From NCBI GenBank assembly GCA_963703315.1, contig OY969811.1, positions 3,072,001 to 3,136,000 of the forward strand: 64,000 nt of DNA, given 5' to 3'. Under the pieces are notes generated by a model. That model searched no databases, was not told the DNA's origin, and saw only the letters and a list, made by a program, of their open reading frames with translations. Position numbers and translations under genes: made by a program. The DNA comes from an uncultured cyanobacterium. GTDB taxonomy: Bacteria > Cyanobacteriota > Cyanobacteriia > Pseudanabaenales > Pseudanabaenaceae. Of this stretch, positions 38,891-48,862 are shown piece by piece. Positions within the stretch are counted from its first letter, which is position 1; every line of letters begins with the position of its first letter.

Positions 38891-39012
38891 ACAGACTGAA
38901 ATTAGGCTAAAAGAATTGGCGATCGCTTAAATATGATTTCAGTAGTTTAACGTGAATAGGGATAGGTTCTGGTTATCCTGAAATTATTGGTGTTGCATAT
39001 AAAATCAGGTTT

Positions 39013-39534
39013 ATGATTGAGTCTCAAGTCTCAACTATAAAAGTTTACAAATTTTATAAAATAGGTTTATTTATGGTGATCGCAAAAACTGATAATCCCA
39101 AAAAGTTCTTACAGGTTTTCCAAATTACCTGCTTGTCTCTCCTGCTCTGTATTTGTACTTTTGCGTTTAGTACTCCAGCTTGGGCAACTGTGCAAATAAA
39201 GCTGACTGAGATGACCTATGAGCCATGTACAGGCGAGGCTGGCAAAAATATGGTGCTAGGTGGCGGCGTAATGTCGGCAAATTGCTTTATGGTCAAAGGT
39301 ATTGCTAACAATACGTCAGGCAAAGTTGTTTACAATGCGGATATCTTTGGGCGCATTTATGATGCTAATGGTAATGATGCGATGCCAGAGCGCACTAGAT
39401 TGGGCGCAGTTGATGAATTACCGATCGGTAAAAGTGAGTTTCAAATCATGGTGGGTATTCCTGCGGATCAACCTGAGCCACTTCAGTTAAAGCAGTTTAA
39501 AGCTTCAGGATTTGCAGGCAAGGTCAGACGCTAG
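39013..39534 (+). CDS. Conserved secreted hypothetical protein
   Basis: Signal peptide ending PAWA; ADIFGRIYDANG. Confidence 0.7.
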   Translation: MIESQVSTIKVYKFYKIGLFMVIAKTDNPKKFLQVFQITCLSLLLCICTFAFSTPAWATVQIKLTEMTYEPCTGEAGKNMVLGGGVMSANCFMVKGIANNTSGKVVYNADIFGRIYDANGNDAMPERTRLGAVDELPIGKSEFQIMVGIPADQPEPLQLKQFKASGFAGKVRR

Positions 39535-39544
39535 TTTGAAACCC

Positions 39545-39601
39545 CTTGATAATCCCAAAACACAAAATGGCGTAGCCATTTTGTGTTTTGGGATTATCAA
39601 G
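39545..39601. repeat. Perfect 27-bp palindrome, GC-GTA-GC loop
   Basis: cttgataatcccaaaacacaaaatggc-gta-gccattttgtgttttgggattatcaag. Confidence 0.9.
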
Positions 39602-39719
39602 AACATTTGACGGTTAGTGCCGCCACTGCTTTAGTTGTGCGATCGCGTTAAAATGGAGATTCGTCAGTATGGCAAAATCTAAAGTTCTACTCTAAAGTTC
39701 TCAGAATCGATACAAAAAT

Positions 39720-39995
39720 ATGGCTGTCAAAGTTTTAATTCCCACTCCTCTACAACAATTAACCAACAACCAAGCCACCGTAGAATGCGCTGGCGCGTCA
39801 GTTCAAGAAATCATTGATTCATTGGAAACAAATTGTCCGGGTATCAAAGCTCGTATTTGTGACGAACAAGGTAATCTCCGCCGTTTTGTTAATTTTTATG
39901 TCAATAGTGAAGATATTCGCTTCCTTGATGGAGCAAATACTGCTCTCAATGATGGTGATGAAGTAAGCATCATTCCTGCGATCGCAGGGGGCTAA
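39720..39995 (+). CDS. MoaD/ThiS family sulfur carrier
   Basis: [15 protein letters not shown]-terminal PAIAGG. Confidence 0.92.
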   Translation: MAVKVLIPTPLQQLTNNQATVECAGASVQEIIDSLETNCPGIKARICDEQGNLRRFVNFYVNSEDIRFLDGANTALNDGDEVSIIPAIAGG

Positions 39996-40034
39996 TAATA
40001 ACAAAAGGGGATGCCAAGCATCCCCTTTTGTTTA

Positions 40035-40424
40035 TTAATTAAGCATTTCGGTAGCAAGATGTAACATCAAAATTGCCGCTTCCTTCTTGAGATCTGGCTC
40101 TTTGGTTTTGCCTCCCCAATTTTGTAGCCATTTGCCTAACCCACCAAACGCGCCGCCGAGCCATTGCCCCACCTGAGCAAAAATCTGCTGTGGTCCTACA
40201 CCAGTTAAAACTTGGATTGCAAAAATAACGGCAACCACAAGGAAAGCAGTTTTAAAGCTGGCTTTAATCACACTGAGTAACCACCAAAACAGCAGTAGTG
40301 AAACGATTAGTGCACCGATTACTAGGGGCAAATTCATAGAGTTTTTTCCATCCCATCTCAATTTCAAAGAGTTTATTTGATTTTGGCATGATCCTGTCAT
40401 TGCCAAGTTCTCATCATGTCTCAA
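40035..40424 (-). CDS. Hypothetical membrane protein (start probably MNLP at ~40337)
   Basis: Two TM helices. Confidence 0.6.
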   Translation of the reverse strand: MRHDENLAMTGSCQNQINSLKLRWDGKNSMNLPLVIGALIVSLLLFWWLLSVIKASFKTAFLVVAVIFAIQVLTGVGPQQIFAQVGQWLGGAFGGLGKWLQNWGGKTKEPDLKKEAAILMLHLATEMLN

Positions 40425-41063
40425 GATTTACAACTTTATCAGGCTAGTCTAGATATCTCGTCAATTGAGTACGATCGCCTCTGGCAATTTCTATCAGAGG
40501 ATGAGCGATCGCGTGCTGTTCAATTCAAACGCAATGCTCTGAGACGTAATTTTGTGGCGGCAAGAGGCAATCTGCGAACAATTTTAGCGCACTGGCTAAA
40601 TTGTGAACCGAGGGAAATTCAGTTTGGTTATGGCGATCGCGGTAAGCCCTATTTACAAAATGTTCAAGAACTTTATTTTAATTTGGCACATTCTCAAGAT
40701 TTAGCGATTTATGTGGTGAGTAGCGATCGCGAAGTTGGGATTGATTTGGAATACATCAATTCTAAATGTGATGTTGTGGGGATTTCCAAGAGATATTTTT
40801 TGCCATTGGAGCAGCAAATTATTCAAAATTGCAATCAGAGTCTAGCTATTCAATCTTTTTATCAAGCATGGACTCTCAAAGAAGCCTATGGCAAAGCGAC
40901 AGGACAAGGGATTGCGAATATTCTTGAGAGTATCGATGTCTCACCATTACTAACAAGGTCTCTCGGTAAAACATTGCGGATTGGAAATTGGAGTTTAAAA
41001 CTGCTTAGTACAGAATTGGAACTAGAGGCAAATTACACAGCCGCTTTATGTATAGCAGAGTGA
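40416..41063 (+). CDS. Sfp/HetI-type 4'-phosphopantetheinyl transferase
   Basis: GKP, FNLAHS, VGIDLE, WTLKEAYGKATGQG. Confidence 0.92.
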   Translation: MSQDLQLYQASLDISSIEYDRLWQFLSEDERSRAVQFKRNALRRNFVAARGNLRTILAHWLNCEPREIQFGYGDRGKPYLQNVQELYFNLAHSQDLAIYVVSSDREVGIDLEYINSKCDVVGISKRYFLPLEQQIIQNCNQSLAIQSFYQAWTLKEAYGKATGQGIANILESIDVSPLLTRSLGKTLRIGNWSLKLLSTELELEANYTAALCIAE

Positions 41064-41103
41064 GTACTCAAAACGATAGAACAAGGGGCTTCAGCCCCTT
41101 GTT

Positions 41104-41928
41104 CTATCCTTGACGATGTAAAATCTTACCTGCTAGCATCGCGGCTCCAAATCCATTATCGATATTCACCACACCTACACCTGTCGCACAGGAATTGAGC
41201 ATGGTTAATAATGGAGCCAGACCATTAAAACTTGCGCCATAACCGATACTGGTCGGGACTGCCACAATCGGACAATTTGCTAAACCTGCTACCACACTGG
41301 CAAGCGCTCCTTCCATTCCTGCCACCACAATAATCACATCGGCATCGGCGATCGCCCCTTGATGACTGAGTAACCGATGAATCCCTGCCACACCCACATC
41401 CCAAAGTCGTTTAACGGTAAAGCCACATAGTTCTCCTGTGACGGCAGCTTCTTCCGCGATCGGCAGGTCAGCAGTTCCTGCGGTGAGAATTGTCATAGTG
41501 CCTTGCTTCTTCATGGTGGATTCACCGAGGCAGCAAATTTGGGCGATCGGGAAATATCGCAAACCACGCAATGATGGCTGAATCTGCTCATAAACTGTGG
41601 ATGAAATTTTAGTTGCCATCACTAATGGATTTTTCGATTCCATCACCCGCATGATCTGCACGATTTGGTCAGGAGTCTTGCCTAAGCCAAAAATCACTTC
41701 TGGAAAGCCTGTCCGCAAAGCTCGATGGTGATCGATCTTGGCAAAATCTCCCACCGACTCATAGTGAAGATATTTCAATGCTTCTACAGCTTTCTCTGGA
41801 CTAAGTTCCCCCTTTGCAACTGTCTCTAACAGTTGTCTCAAGTTATCGTGCATACATAGTTTACAGGTTCTAATTTTATATAAATTCAAGAAAGAGGGGC
41901 AGCGCTCTATGTTGCTTTTCTCACGCAC
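41104..41928 (-). CDS. larB: LarB/CpmA family protein (start probably at ~41853)
   Basis: RTGFPEVI, TAGTAD, DVGVAGIHRL, AGMEGAL, VNIDNGFGAA. Confidence 0.9.
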   Translation of the reverse strand: MREKSNIERCPSFLNLYKIRTCKLCMHDNLRQLLETVAKGELSPEKAVEALKYLHYESVGDFAKIDHHRALRTGFPEVIFGLGKTPDQIVQIMRVMESKNPLVMATKISSTVYEQIQPSLRGLRYFPIAQICCLGESTMKKQGTMTILTAGTADLPIAEEAAVTGELCGFTVKRLWDVGVAGIHRLLSHQGAIADADVIIVVAGMEGALASVVAGLANCPIVAVPTSIGYGASFNGLAPLLTMLNSCATGVGVVNIDNGFGAAMLAGKILHRQG

Positions 41929-41988
41929 CGAGCATTCTTGAAAAGCGCTATAAGCATAAGGTTTTTTATTTTACTATGCGTCCCTAAG

Positions 41989-42093
41989 TATAGCTACAAG
42001 TTAAGACATAAAACCCATTCATAGAGTTGCGGCGCGGAGCGCCGCAACTCTATGAATGGGTTTTATGTCTTAACATAACTGACTACAGCTATA
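41989..42093. mobile_element. TATAGC...GCTATA family palindromic MITE (105 bp)
   Basis: tatagct...gttaagacataaaacccattcatagagttgcggcgc-gga-gcgccgcaactctatgaatgggttttatgtcttaac...agctata; relatives at 20802 and 55574. Confidence 0.75.
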
Positions 42094-42112
42094 TAAACAT
42101 TATTGGGTTCTT

Positions 42113-42126
42113 GTTACCGATGCTAC
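42113..42126 (+). promoter_or_regulatory. Possible NtcA site (GTT-N8-TAC) upstream of ntcB
   Basis: gtt-accgatgc-tac; one mismatch to GTA-N8-TAC; no clean -10 seen. Confidence 0.3.
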
Positions 42127-42190
42127 TTTTCTGAAAACCTAGAAGCGGCTTAATGATGGCAGACCTAAATAGAGCTATCGTTAATTTTTC

Positions 42191-43111
42191 ATGCGTTTGG
42201 AACAGTTACAGGCTTTTTTAGCAGTAGTAGAAACGGGAAACTTTCAACAGGCTGCCCAGAAATGCGGTGTTAGTCAATCCACTATTAGCCGACAGGTGCA
42301 GTCTTTGGAGGCAACTGTCGGTTTGTCACTGTTTCATCGTCAGGGAAATGCGAAATTAACTTTGGGGGGTGATCGCCTCCTACCTCACGCTAAAAAAATT
42401 TGTCAGATCTGGGCAACTGCTGAGCAAGAGTTAATCGATTTACAGGCTGGCAAACAAACTGAGCTTTGTGTCGCGGGGATTCCTTCTGCTTGTGCCTATC
42501 AGTTACCGCCGATATTACAAAAGTTTTCTAGAGCTTATCCAAATGTGCAATTGCGGGTAACGACATTAGGTAGCGATCGCGCTTTGAAAGTTCTCAAAGA
42601 TGGCTTAATCGATATTGCGATCGTGATGAATAATCCATTTTTGAATGCCAGTTCGGACATGGTGGTGACCAAACTATATGAGGAGGAGATTCAATTATTG
42701 CTCCCTATTCAGCATCCACTTAGCAAGAAAGAAGTGATCAATTGGAAGGATCTTAATAACTTCCCCCAAGCTGTATTTAAGGATGGCTACGGATTGCAGC
42801 GTCTTGTCCAAGATCAGTTTAATCGTCAGGGGATTCGTTTAAATGCAGCATTAGAATTGAATGCTCTGGAAGCTTTTCGGGGTGTAGTCAAGCAAGGAAG
42901 TTTGATCGCTCTCTTGCCTGAAACTTTTTTGGTGGAGTTACGCAATGATCCAGACTTGATCGTGCGATCGCTGCATGAGCCAAATCTGACTCGCGAAATT
43001 GTACTAGTTACCACTAGCGATCGCATTCAAATTCCGCCAATTCAATATTTTTGCAAGCTTGCGGCGGAGATGACGCAACAGCCAATTCCTATAGTAAGTA
43101 GCTCAGCATAG
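42191..43111 (+). CDS. ntcB: LysR-family regulator NtcB
   Basis: MRLEQLQAFLAV.ETG.FQQAA..CGV.QSTISRQ; followed by a cnaT-like gene as in other cyanobacteria. Confidence 0.8.
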   Translation: MRLEQLQAFLAVVETGNFQQAAQKCGVSQSTISRQVQSLEATVGLSLFHRQGNAKLTLGGDRLLPHAKKICQIWATAEQELIDLQAGKQTELCVAGIPSACAYQLPPILQKFSRAYPNVQLRVTTLGSDRALKVLKDGLIDIAIVMNNPFLNASSDMVVTKLYEEEIQLLLPIQHPLSKKEVINWKDLNNFPQAVFKDGYGLQRLVQDQFNRQGIRLNAALELNALEAFRGVVKQGSLIALLPETFLVELRNDPDLIVRSLHEPNLTREIVLVTTSDRIQIPPIQYFCKLAAEMTQQPIPIVSSSA

Positions 43112-43251
43112 TTATAAACTAAACCCAAATTGTTATGCCGTCCGCGTAGCAGGCGGCATAACAATTTAAAATCTTAAATATCAAAGAAGATAGCTCTTCG
43201 CGCATCCTTCCTGATTTGACCGACTTTTGCATTAAATTCACACCTAGAGTA

Positions 43252-44313
43252 ATGAGTAAAGAATTTCGCGAATTTGTGCGTAAAGTTGGTAGCGGTACAC
43301 ATACCAGCAAAAGCTTAACGCGCCAAGAGGCAGAACGAGCCACAATCATGATGTTGCAAGGAGAAGCAACTCCTGCTCAAATTGGGGCATTTATGATTGC
43401 CCATCGGATTAAGCGTCCCACCAGTGAGGAATTGGCGGGAATGCTCGATGCCTATAAGTTACTGGGGGCAAAGGTGGCGGCGATCGCCAATGACAAGCAA
43501 GTTTTGGTACTGGGATCGCCCTATGATGGCAGATCCAAGACTGCCCCCGTGAGTCCGACCACTGCAATTGTCTTAGCGGCGGCGGGAATTCCTGTGCTAA
43601 TGCATGGCGGCGATCGGATGCCCACAAAGGAGGGATTACCTTTTATCGAAATCTGGCAAGCCTTGGGACTTCATTGGCAAGATTTAGAAATTGCTCAAGT
43701 GCAGCAAAATCTAGAGCAGCACCATCTCGGTTTTGTCTATCAACCCAAACATTTTCCTTTAGCTGATGATCTGGTTGCCTATCGCGAACAAATTGGCAAG
43801 CGCCCACCCTTTGCTACGCTTGAGCTAATGTGGTCACCCTATCAAGGCAAGCAATTGATCGTGTCGGGCTTTGTGCATCCACCGACGGAGACAAATATCC
43901 GTGAAGCTTTTGCTCAGCATGGGATTACCGAATTTGCGACTGTGAAAGGATGGGAAGGAAGTGTAGATTTACCACGATCGCGTACGGCGATTATTGGTAT
44001 TAATCATGGCGATCGCTTTGAGCGCTTGACTCTATCTGCCAGAAGCTATGGATTTAGTGCTGAAGATCCTGCGATCGCTGATGCTTCTGAAATTGCGGCA
44101 AAAGTCACCTCTGCGCTCAAAGCCGAACCTTCGGAATATCTCAACTCAGTATTCTGGAACTGTGGATTTTATCTCTGGCTTTATGGATTACATGGTGAGA
44201 TTGGAGAAGCGATCGCCTACGCCCAAGAAATTATCAGCAGTGGCGCAGCATGGCAAAAGTTACAGGATTTACAAAGCAGTAGCCCTGTAATAAATTACGG
44301 GCTAAAAGCTTAA
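43252..44313 (+). CDS. cnaT: Anthranilate phosphoribosyltransferase-like protein (CnaT-like)
   Basis: MSKEFRE..RKVGSG.HT, AQIGAFMIAHRIK, PYDGRS, REQIGKRPP; adjacent to ntcB. Confidence 0.7.
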   Translation: MSKEFREFVRKVGSGTHTSKSLTRQEAERATIMMLQGEATPAQIGAFMIAHRIKRPTSEELAGMLDAYKLLGAKVAAIANDKQVLVLGSPYDGRSKTAPVSPTTAIVLAAAGIPVLMHGGDRMPTKEGLPFIEIWQALGLHWQDLEIAQVQQNLEQHHLGFVYQPKHFPLADDLVAYREQIGKRPPFATLELMWSPYQGKQLIVSGFVHPPTETNIREAFAQHGITEFATVKGWEGSVDLPRSRTAIIGINHGDRFERLTLSARSYGFSAEDPAIADASEIAAKVTSALKAEPSEYLNSVFWNCGFYLWLYGLHGEIGEAIAYAQEIISSGAAWQKLQDLQSSSPVINYGLKA

Positions 44314-44370
44314 ACCCGTTGAAACGGGTTGATTAGAGAAGAGTTTTAGTTTGCTGATCGCTTTGCAAAG

Positions 44371-44446
44371 CCCATAAATTTAATGGCGGCAAAGCCGCCT
44401 CAAGACCCATAAATTTAATGGCGGCAAAGCCGCCTCAAATTTATGG
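44371..44446. repeat. Tandem duplication (33-nt unit, period 35) of a GC-AAA-GC hairpin
   Basis: cccataaatttaatggcggcaaagccgcctcaa at 44371 and 44406. Confidence 0.85.
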
Positions 44447-45733
44447 TTTCTGCTCTTTGAGCATTTTTGTATATTCTTGATCCGTCAAATCCTGCTCGGT
44501 GGTATAAGCGAGATTATTTTGATCGATCGCCTCTTGCTTCATTGCAAAGGTACGCGCAAAATCTAGCTTTTCGCGCAGGGTTGCTGATGGCTTTTGCAAC
44601 TGCTCAGCACTTGCTGCACGTTTTTGGTTGCGATCGCCTATACCTTTATTCAGATATTGCAAGACAAAATAGCGTACCGCAGGCGTGGACAGGAATAGCA
44701 CGGCATAGCCTAGCAGGAAGCCATAAGCCGCTTTGATGAAACCTAGAAATCCAACTAGAGATTTAGCCAATCTGGGATCGCCCAGTAAACTGCCAAGATA
44801 TAGCGAGGCAACTAGATAAAAAATACCTAAACCGATCGCTAAAGCAATCTTGCCTTGAGAGGCTTGGCTAAACTGCCAAAGCTTTTCTTGTAAATAAGAA
44901 CTAGTAGTTTTAGCTTTGCGCTCTGAGGCAACTTTTTGTAATTCGGGGAATTTATAGGCAATGGTTCCTGCATCGCTAACTTCGGGGAAGCCGTTAAATT
45001 TTGACAGCACAGGAATTACAAAATATTCATCACCCTCTAGACGGCTAGTTTCATCGAGATAAGGCGCAATTTGTTCGGCAACGACCACACCATTGTTGCT
45101 ACGAATCATGGCAGCAATATCGCGCCAACGACGTTCTTCGAGATCGGCGTTAGGGTTGCCATCGCCAAACAAAAATGAAAATACGCTTTCTAAAAAGCCC
45201 ATTTCATCGGGATCGCGTTGACGGATGCGTTCTGGCTCGTAGTAGTAGGGATCAAACATAATGAACGGATTACCGAAGGGATTGCCCCAGCCGCCGAGCC
45301 AAATAAATCCACCGCCACCACCGCGATTATCACTACGGCGATCATTGCGATCGTTGTCGCTGCGACCTTGACTTTGCAAAGCGATCGTGGCGGCAATAAT
45401 GCCCAGTACCACGATCAAAATCGAGACAATCAGCAAAATGCCAAAGGAAATACGGATCGCGTAAAATACCCATTTCCAAACACCCTTAAGCCATTCCTTG
45501 ACCTGTAGCCAAAATGAACGACTGACAAGGACTTGACGAAAATTTGGGGCAAATTTGTAGGCAATCTCGCCCGACTCAGCAACTTGGAGATTACCACCAG
45601 TTTCTGAGGCAAGCGCCAATACTTCACGCTGTGCTGTATTTAAATCAAGTCCAGACTGTGCCGCCACATCGCCTATCGTGACCCGATAGTTGAGCTTTTC
45701 GACGGCTTCCATCACTGCTGTACGCGGAGCCAT
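44441..45733 (-). CDS. Conserved cyanobacterial/plastid-type membrane protein
   Basis: YRVTIGDVAAQSGL, RISFGILLI, FLESVFSFLFGDGNPN. Confidence 0.8.
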   Translation of the reverse strand: MAPRTAVMEAVEKLNYRVTIGDVAAQSGLDLNTAQREVLALASETGGNLQVAESGEIAYKFAPNFRQVLVSRSFWLQVKEWLKGVWKWVFYAIRISFGILLIVSILIVVLGIIAATIALQSQGRSDNDRNDRRSDNRGGGGGFIWLGGWGNPFGNPFIMFDPYYYEPERIRQRDPDEMGFLESVFSFLFGDGNPNADLEERRWRDIAAMIRSNNGVVVAEQIAPYLDETSRLEGDEYFVIPVLSKFNGFPEVSDAGTIAYKFPELQKVASERKAKTTSSYLQEKLWQFSQASQGKIALAIGLGIFYLVASLYLGSLLGDPRLAKSLVGFLGFIKAAYGFLLGYAVLFLSTPAVRYFVLQYLNKGIGDRNQKRAASAEQLQKPSATLREKLDFARTFAMKQEAIDQNNLAYTTEQDLTDQEYTKMLKEQKP

Positions 45734-45864
45734 TTGCTTTCACTAATCTAACTTCTAGACCTATTATGATTTAAATACACAAGATTTGAGTCATGCTCTA
45801 TGCAACTCAATGTGCAACTCAATGTGTAAACTAATTTTCGGCAAGCAGTTTTAGGATATTTGTC

Positions 45865-46665
45865 ATGCAGCAAGAACCCATGCGATCGCCTGCAAATCAA
45901 GATTTTAGTTCCGAGTCATCAGGGGATAGTGACTCTGAGTTTATGTTAACTCCTGAGCAGGAAGCAGCAATGCTATCTGAGTTTGGTGCTAGTGACGACT
46001 CCCAGTACGACCTCCAAGATCCAGATGCTGAAACCAAGCAGGAACAGGATGTAGTGCAGGAGTCTGGCACAACTTCTGAGTTTCGCCATTTTCATAATCA
46101 TTATATTGGCAATATGGAATTGCTTGCTGATAAACAAACCGTGATGAAATATTTTGATGCTCATCAGGGTTGGTTTCGGCGGTGCGCCCATCCTTTTAAA
46201 GCTGATCCGATTGGGGAAACTGGTTATGCGATGGGTATCGGTAAGGTAGGAGCTTTAGGCTTTCAGGTTGATGCAAGGGTGGGGCTAAATTTGTTGCCAC
46301 CTGACGAAAATACTGTTTATCGGATTGTGACCATTCCCATTCCTGAGCAAGTACCACAGGGCTATGAAGTTGACTTTCAAGCGGAGATGCGTTTAGAAGA
46401 GAAAAACTTAGAATTGCGAGCAGGGGAAAAGATTGGGTTCGATCCATTGATCACCAGTGTAGAGTGGGATTTAAATCTCACGGTTTCCTTACATTTTCCT
46501 GCTTTCATTCAGAAACTAGCTAAGGATATGATTCAGAAAACAGGTGATAGTGTGTTGGGTTTTATCGTGCAGCGTGTTTCTAAAAGCTTGACGGCAAAAG
46601 TGCAAGATGATTTTCATAAGACCCACGAAATCAAAGTTCCTAAACAGATTAAGCTCAGAAGATAG
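45865..46665 (+). CDS. DUF1997-like protein
   Basis: YFDAHQGWFRRCAHP, GYEVDFQA, VEWDL. Confidence 0.75.
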   Translation: MQQEPMRSPANQDFSSESSGDSDSEFMLTPEQEAAMLSEFGASDDSQYDLQDPDAETKQEQDVVQESGTTSEFRHFHNHYIGNMELLADKQTVMKYFDAHQGWFRRCAHPFKADPIGETGYAMGIGKVGALGFQVDARVGLNLLPPDENTVYRIVTIPIPEQVPQGYEVDFQAEMRLEEKNLELRAGEKIGFDPLITSVEWDLNLTVSLHFPAFIQKLAKDMIQKTGDSVLGFIVQRVSKSLTAKVQDDFHKTHEIKVPKQIKLRR

Positions 46666-46730
46666 CCCTTACCCCTAGCCCCTCTCTTTTAAAGCCAAAT
46701 ATGCTTCGCATATTTGGCTGATTTAAAAAC

Positions 46731-47426
46731 ATGATCTACACCTTTGCGATTTTACTTGCACCAGCATCAGAAAATTTACCATTGGGAATTACAGGTAAGC
46801 CAATTCAATATTTGCAATGCGATCGCCTGATTGCGGCGATTGAGCCAGATATTGATATTGAAGCGCTGAAACTATTGCCAGAGCAATCTTTGATGCAAGT
46901 AATTATTCAGCACGATCGCCTCATTTGTGAATTGTTTAATCAGCGCACGCTTTTACCTTTGCGATTTGGAACTGCTTTTGTTTCCATTAGTGCGTTGGAA
47001 ACCTATTTGCAAGAAGAGAAGGAAAGATTATTCGCAAGTTTACAGAGACTAGATGGCTATGCAGAATTTCTAATTACAGGTTCAGCGATCGCGCCCAAAG
47101 TAGAAGCTGCCACAAACCTCAAAGGCAAAGATTATCTCCTAGCTAAGCGATCGCAATATTTGCAACAGGAACAATGGCGATCGCAGTTACAACAAGAAGT
47201 TCTCGATTATCGACAGACAATTACCGACAACTTAAATTCTGCTCTCGATAAAGCCGAATTTCAACACGTAGAAACTCAAGGTTCTGAAGACGTTCGTGTT
47301 TATGCCTTATTGCCGCGATCGCAGGTCGAGTCTTTACAAGATGCATTGCGATCGTGGGAAGAGAAACATTCTCATTGGCAGATTTCATGGAGTGATGCTT
47401 TACCGCCCTATCATTTTTTGAATTAA
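46731..47426 (+). CDS. GvpL/GvpF family gas vesicle protein
   Basis: HDRLICELF, TLLPLRFGTAF, GKDYL, C-terminal PPYHF. Confidence 0.85.
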   Translation: MIYTFAILLAPASENLPLGITGKPIQYLQCDRLIAAIEPDIDIEALKLLPEQSLMQVIIQHDRLICELFNQRTLLPLRFGTAFVSISALETYLQEEKERLFASLQRLDGYAEFLITGSAIAPKVEAATNLKGKDYLLAKRSQYLQQEQWRSQLQQEVLDYRQTITDNLNSALDKAEFQHVETQGSEDVRVYALLPRSQVESLQDALRSWEEKHSHWQISWSDALPPYHFLN

Positions 47427-47611
47427 TGGATTTATAGGCGATCGCTTGGCTAACTTGCCCAGTACTTGATCTCGCGATCTATAATGCTGATAAATCCTCT
47501 CGTAATCTAACCCTATATCTCAAGATCTGCTAACTCAAATTAATCCATTTTAGTTTAGCTAAGTCAGGCATTTATCTTGTAAAACTTAAGTAATATTAGA
47601 GGAGGTAAGTA

Positions 47612-48859
47612 GTGATTGAAAAATTGATAACAGATAACAACCATGAACAAGCACTAATCTCCTATGAAAAGAAATTACAAGATCATCCTGATGATTATGA
47701 AGCATGGAACAATCGAGCTATTGCTTTAGGCTATTTAGGTAGACATGAAGAAGCACTCACATCCTATAACAAAGCAATACAAATAAACCCTAATGCATCT
47801 GAAGTATGGCATAGTCAAGGATGGGAACTAGTTAATTTAGGCAGAAATGAAGAAGCAATCACCTGCTTTCATAAAGTACTAGAGATCAGTCCTGACAACA
47901 ATTCAGCATGGTACAACTTAGGTGTTGCATTAGTTAATTTAGGTAGATATGAAGAAGCAATTCCAGCTTTTAATACAGCAGTAAAACTTAGTCCTGCCAA
48001 ATATGAAGCATGGCATAACCAAGGATGGTCACTAGTTAGTTTAGGTAGATATGAAGAAGCAATCAACTCATTTGACATGGCTTTACAACTTAATCCTGAT
48101 GTAAACGAGGCATGGCATATTCGGGGTATTGCTTTAGCTAATGTTGGTAGATACGAAGATGCAATTAGATCATATAAAAAGGCTTTGCTAATCAATCCTG
48201 TCGCATACCGAGCATGGTATAACCAAGGAACTGCGTTAGCTAAAATAGGAAGGTATGAAGAAGCGATTTTATCTTTATTTCAAGCTATACAAATCAAGCC
48301 CCAAGAAGACTTTCTTTGGAATGGAATAGAAGCTTTATTATTTGCGATTAAAGAGCATTTTAAATCTTTAGGCGAAGTAGAGAGTAGATCAATAATAATT
48401 CAAGCATATAAAAATGGGATTAGAATCCTTGAGCAAATAGGAGATCAGCAACGTTTTCTCAAGTTTTCTTATCAATTAGGAAAAGTATTGTTAGAGATAG
48501 GAAACTATACCGAAGCAATTGAAAATCTTCAAGCCTGTGAGCAAATCTCTCAAAAGTTAAATGATATTCCTACCCTAGCTTTAACCTTATTTGATTTAGC
48601 GCGACTATATCACCTTACAGGTAGGCTAGAACAAGCGAGACTATATTTTAAGGACTCATTACGACTGTTTAGGCGATTACAAGATCCCGAAAAAATTGCA
48701 GCAGCAACATTAGCTTTGGGCAATTTAGAAATGCAAATCGGTAAGATTTCTCAAGCTTTAACTCACTTAAAAGAAGCAGAAACTTATTATCAATCTCAAG
48801 ATGACTCTGATCGTTTACAAGAAGTTAATTACTTACTCCAAATCCTACAAGCAGCTTAA
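47612..48859 (+). CDS. Tetratricopeptide repeat protein
   Basis: Tandem 34-aa repeats AW.N.G..L..LGRYEEAI, plus helical C-terminal TPR-like repeats; RBS GAGGAGG, GTG start. Confidence 0.92.
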   Translation: MIEKLITDNNHEQALISYEKKLQDHPDDYEAWNNRAIALGYLGRHEEALTSYNKAIQINPNASEVWHSQGWELVNLGRNEEAITCFHKVLEISPDNNSAWYNLGVALVNLGRYEEAIPAFNTAVKLSPAKYEAWHNQGWSLVSLGRYEEAINSFDMALQLNPDVNEAWHIRGIALANVGRYEDAIRSYKKALLINPVAYRAWYNQGTALAKIGRYEEAILSLFQAIQIKPQEDFLWNGIEALLFAIKEHFKSLGEVESRSIIIQAYKNGIRILEQIGDQQRFLKFSYQLGKVLLEIGNYTEAIENLQACEQISQKLNDIPTLALTLFDLARLYHLTGRLEQARLYFKDSLRLFRRLQDPEKIAAATLALGNLEMQIGKISQALTHLKEAETYYQSQDDSDRLQEVNYLLQILQAA

Positions 48860-48862
48860 ATT

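Noticed and set aside
44371..44438. 33-nt direct repeat of CRISPR-like length
   Set aside because: Two copies separated by only 2 nt; a simple tandem duplication
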